The position numbers and the translations under genes were made by a program. A DNA stretch of 64,000 bases from Takakia lepidozioides (taxonomy: Eukaryota; Plantae; Bryophyta). Of this stretch, positions 61,601 to 64,000 are shown in pieces. The DNA lies in assembly GCA_030704615.1 (NCBI GenBank), contig CM060731.1, positions 62,186,001 through 62,250,000 on the forward strand. The letters run 5' to 3'. Position 1 is the stretch's first letter. The number at the start of each line of letters is the position of its first letter. The notes beneath the pieces were generated by a model that saw only the letters and a program-made list of their open reading frames with translations, was not told where the DNA came from and ran no database searches.

Positions 61601-64000
61601 TGTGTCACTTGAGAGCAGAGGTGGTTACTTACTCAACAGGCATGCACTTTTTACATGTACTGAGTGGGCTTCCGCATGGGTGCATGGCAGACGAGGTGGT
61701 TTGAACGTTGAAGGCTCGGAGGGGAGCTGCACGAATGCTGCTGCCACCCGCTTGCATTCCCCCCTGGTCTACCATGCCTTCAACCTCATGGCTTCTTGCC
61801 TGCCTCGCTTAGGAGATATAGCCCATCATGCATAGCAGCATCTGATAGGTGAGATGATGTGGCAAGCACAGGCTTGGACATTAGGTAGGGTTGATGCCAT
61901 AGAAGAGTTAGGGACCAGTTGTTTCCAATCAAAATCTAGGGGTTCGTTACAATTTTGACCACAGGTTTGGTGAAGTGTAATCAAGCTGAAGGGTTAGGTC
62001 GAAGTAGAGGTCTGAGCGAATTAGTGTTTTCTGGAACACTTCTGTAGTATTCCAGATAAGGTTACTTACGAGACTGCAATGGATTTGCCATTTTAGCTAA
62101 TCTAGAACTCTCAACGTGCACTTAGCAACTGGAGGAGACTAAGTATTATTTCTCTACGTACTATCCATATCCTTGGCCTTTATGGAGATTTGTTAAGCTG
62201 CATGTTATGACTATGCCATGTCTTCTTAATTTAACGATGGACTGGGATATCTTCTGGATATCTTAACATCATCTACTACTCTTATGTGGTGCCCCTGCCA
62301 ACTAATTGGAAGCCCCTGGAAGGAGCCTCCACTAACTTTTGCCATATTCAGTCTACCTGCAGCTTCAGTTCTCGCTGCCTTAATGTATCAACAGCAATTT
62401 TGTGCTTTAAGCCCTTCATGCTGGTTTCTTGCAGTGTGTCACCTCTTCTCCTCTTCAGGATCGTGTTTTCTAGGAAGGCTGTTTGGTTGACCTCTCTCCC
62501 CTGATTTTTCTTTGTGTGTTGCTGTACCCCCTGGCTCTGCAATGCTCAGCATTTCTTGGCTTGCCAAGGTTGTCATAGATGTGTTTTGTTTGTATAGTTT
62601 GATTGGGGGTGTTTCGTCATTCCTCAAACAAACAAAGATGTTTAAAGGAATGAGAAGTTTAAAGGAATAATTGAGTATGAAAAAGCCCAAACTGCTTCAA
62701 GGTACAGTCACACTTAAAAGTACTTGAAAGCAACACTTTTTGAGGACCTATCCTCTCTGCATCATAGATAAGTCATTATCTTCTATGCTGGACTGCAAAT
62801 TATTCTGAAATTACTGGTGCATTGAAGCACACCTCTGTGCATCATCATTCTAAACTTGGTCTGCTATCCATCGACTGTCTTTTTAATGGCCACTTCAGCA
62901 AGATTTTTGGGGTACCTATATTCTCCGGAGAGTCCGATGCAAAACCAGATGGAAAGGTTCGAAACCCTGTTTTTATCAGCGTGGATTTCAGATTGAAGCA
63001 CATTACGTACCAAGGAAAGCATGTTTCCATATCTGAATCACTTGATTTGCAGAGTGTCGAGGAGAGAATGGCATCAAAGTGAGACCTTCAGCCCTTAGGA
63101 AACGCGAGGAGAGGCTCACTCGCTTGAAAGACAGTGGTACTCTTCTGCCCTCCGTACACGAGTACCTGCTTACGTACCTAATTCCATTTCTTGGTCCATT
63201 ATGTCATTGCTTATTTAACACCAGCTCCTCATTCAGTGACATTTTCTACTGTCTGGAGTGGACGAACACTAATTCAAAGTGTTTGTTTGCTGTAATGCAA
63301 TGCTATGTATTGAATCGACAAGTCGCCATATTGTCCATTTCCAGTTGAACTATGATTGATCTGTATGGGTTTTTCTTAGTCTGGCAAGGCCAGTTTCCTT
63401 TGAACATGCAGAGCCACTGATCATCTTTAGAGGCTTTGTAAGTGAATTGGACACAATGAAGTGTATAGCCGAAGTACACATAAGTTCAAACATACAAGGA
63501 TTGTTTTGTGAAGGCTGCTTATAAGGTACAGGGCATAGTACCCTACAGATTATTAACCTTCCCGTAGCATGTTGTGTTCTTTCAGCCCAGCAGAGCACAA
63601 ACCTCAGCCTCAAATGCAAGAACAATTGAGAAAAATTACATTGAATAGTGTTTGTTTTAGTGTCTGCTGACATGTTTCTTCTCTCACTGTTATCAAAATC
63701 AAGTGTTGTGGGCTTAACAAACTAACGGATTCTTTATTTGAAATAGGGCGAAGGCTTGCAGTTGCCTGGACACTTGCTGCGGCCTGCCTGGTGGGTCATG
63801 CACACTACTTTTTAGGAGCCTTGGCCCCAGCATGGCTCCATCTGTTTCATTCAACAGGGTTCCATGCAACACTGTCATTCGCTGCATTGGTTGGCCCGGG
63901 ACGCAAGTTGCTAGTGGAGGGCTGGCAAAGCCTATGGCGAGGTTCGCCCAACATGAACACATTGGTGGGCTTGGGGGCATTTTCTTCATTTTCTGTCAGC
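58638..64000 (+). CDS. PAA1: PAA1/HMA6-like Cu-ATPase copy 2, 5' part; open so far and runs off the window
   Basis: Exons 58638-58961, 59733-59993, 60244-60297 (GMSCGGCASSVKRILE), 60895-61057, ~63053-63136 and ~63747-64000 (SPNMNTLVGLGA). No lesion seen. Confidence 0.88.

Noticed and set aside
1-64000. tRNA, rRNA, LTR retrotransposon or transposase genes
   Set aside because: None recognised by eye. Most remaining short ORFs are intronic or antisense noise.

Overview
Eukaryotic, intron-rich, transposon-dense plant DNA, probably from a non-seed plant such as a bryophyte (inferred from the hydrolase-NLR). 1.6-20.6 kb is a pseudogenised peroxisomal multifunctional beta-oxidation gene (AIM1/MFP2 family). 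Its 14.8-kb intron 2 holds LINE fragments and an ~11-kb element starting with a CACTA terminus. That element carries the most striking feature: a decayed 9-exon gene (~1,120 aa reconstructed) fusing a ParB/Srx-type domain (VWDGNHRLLAW) to a bacterial-style beta-class N6-adenine/N4-cytosine DNA methyltransferase fold. Its two long introns contain about 13 copies of one 24-bp palindrome (GTGAATGTCGT-TG-ACGACATTCAC), reminiscent of parS-type sites, and an unknown two-repeat gene lies head-to-head. 23-64 kb is a rearranged ~25.2-kb tandem duplication of a GT92 glycosyltransferase / alpha-beta-hydrolase-NB-ARC-LRR (HNL) / PAA1 Cu-ATPase cluster. One copy of each gene looks intact (PAA1 only as far as the window extends) and the others carry different deletions. 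Two non-LTR retrotransposon families are scattered throughout. All assignments come from manual motif recognition, not database searches.
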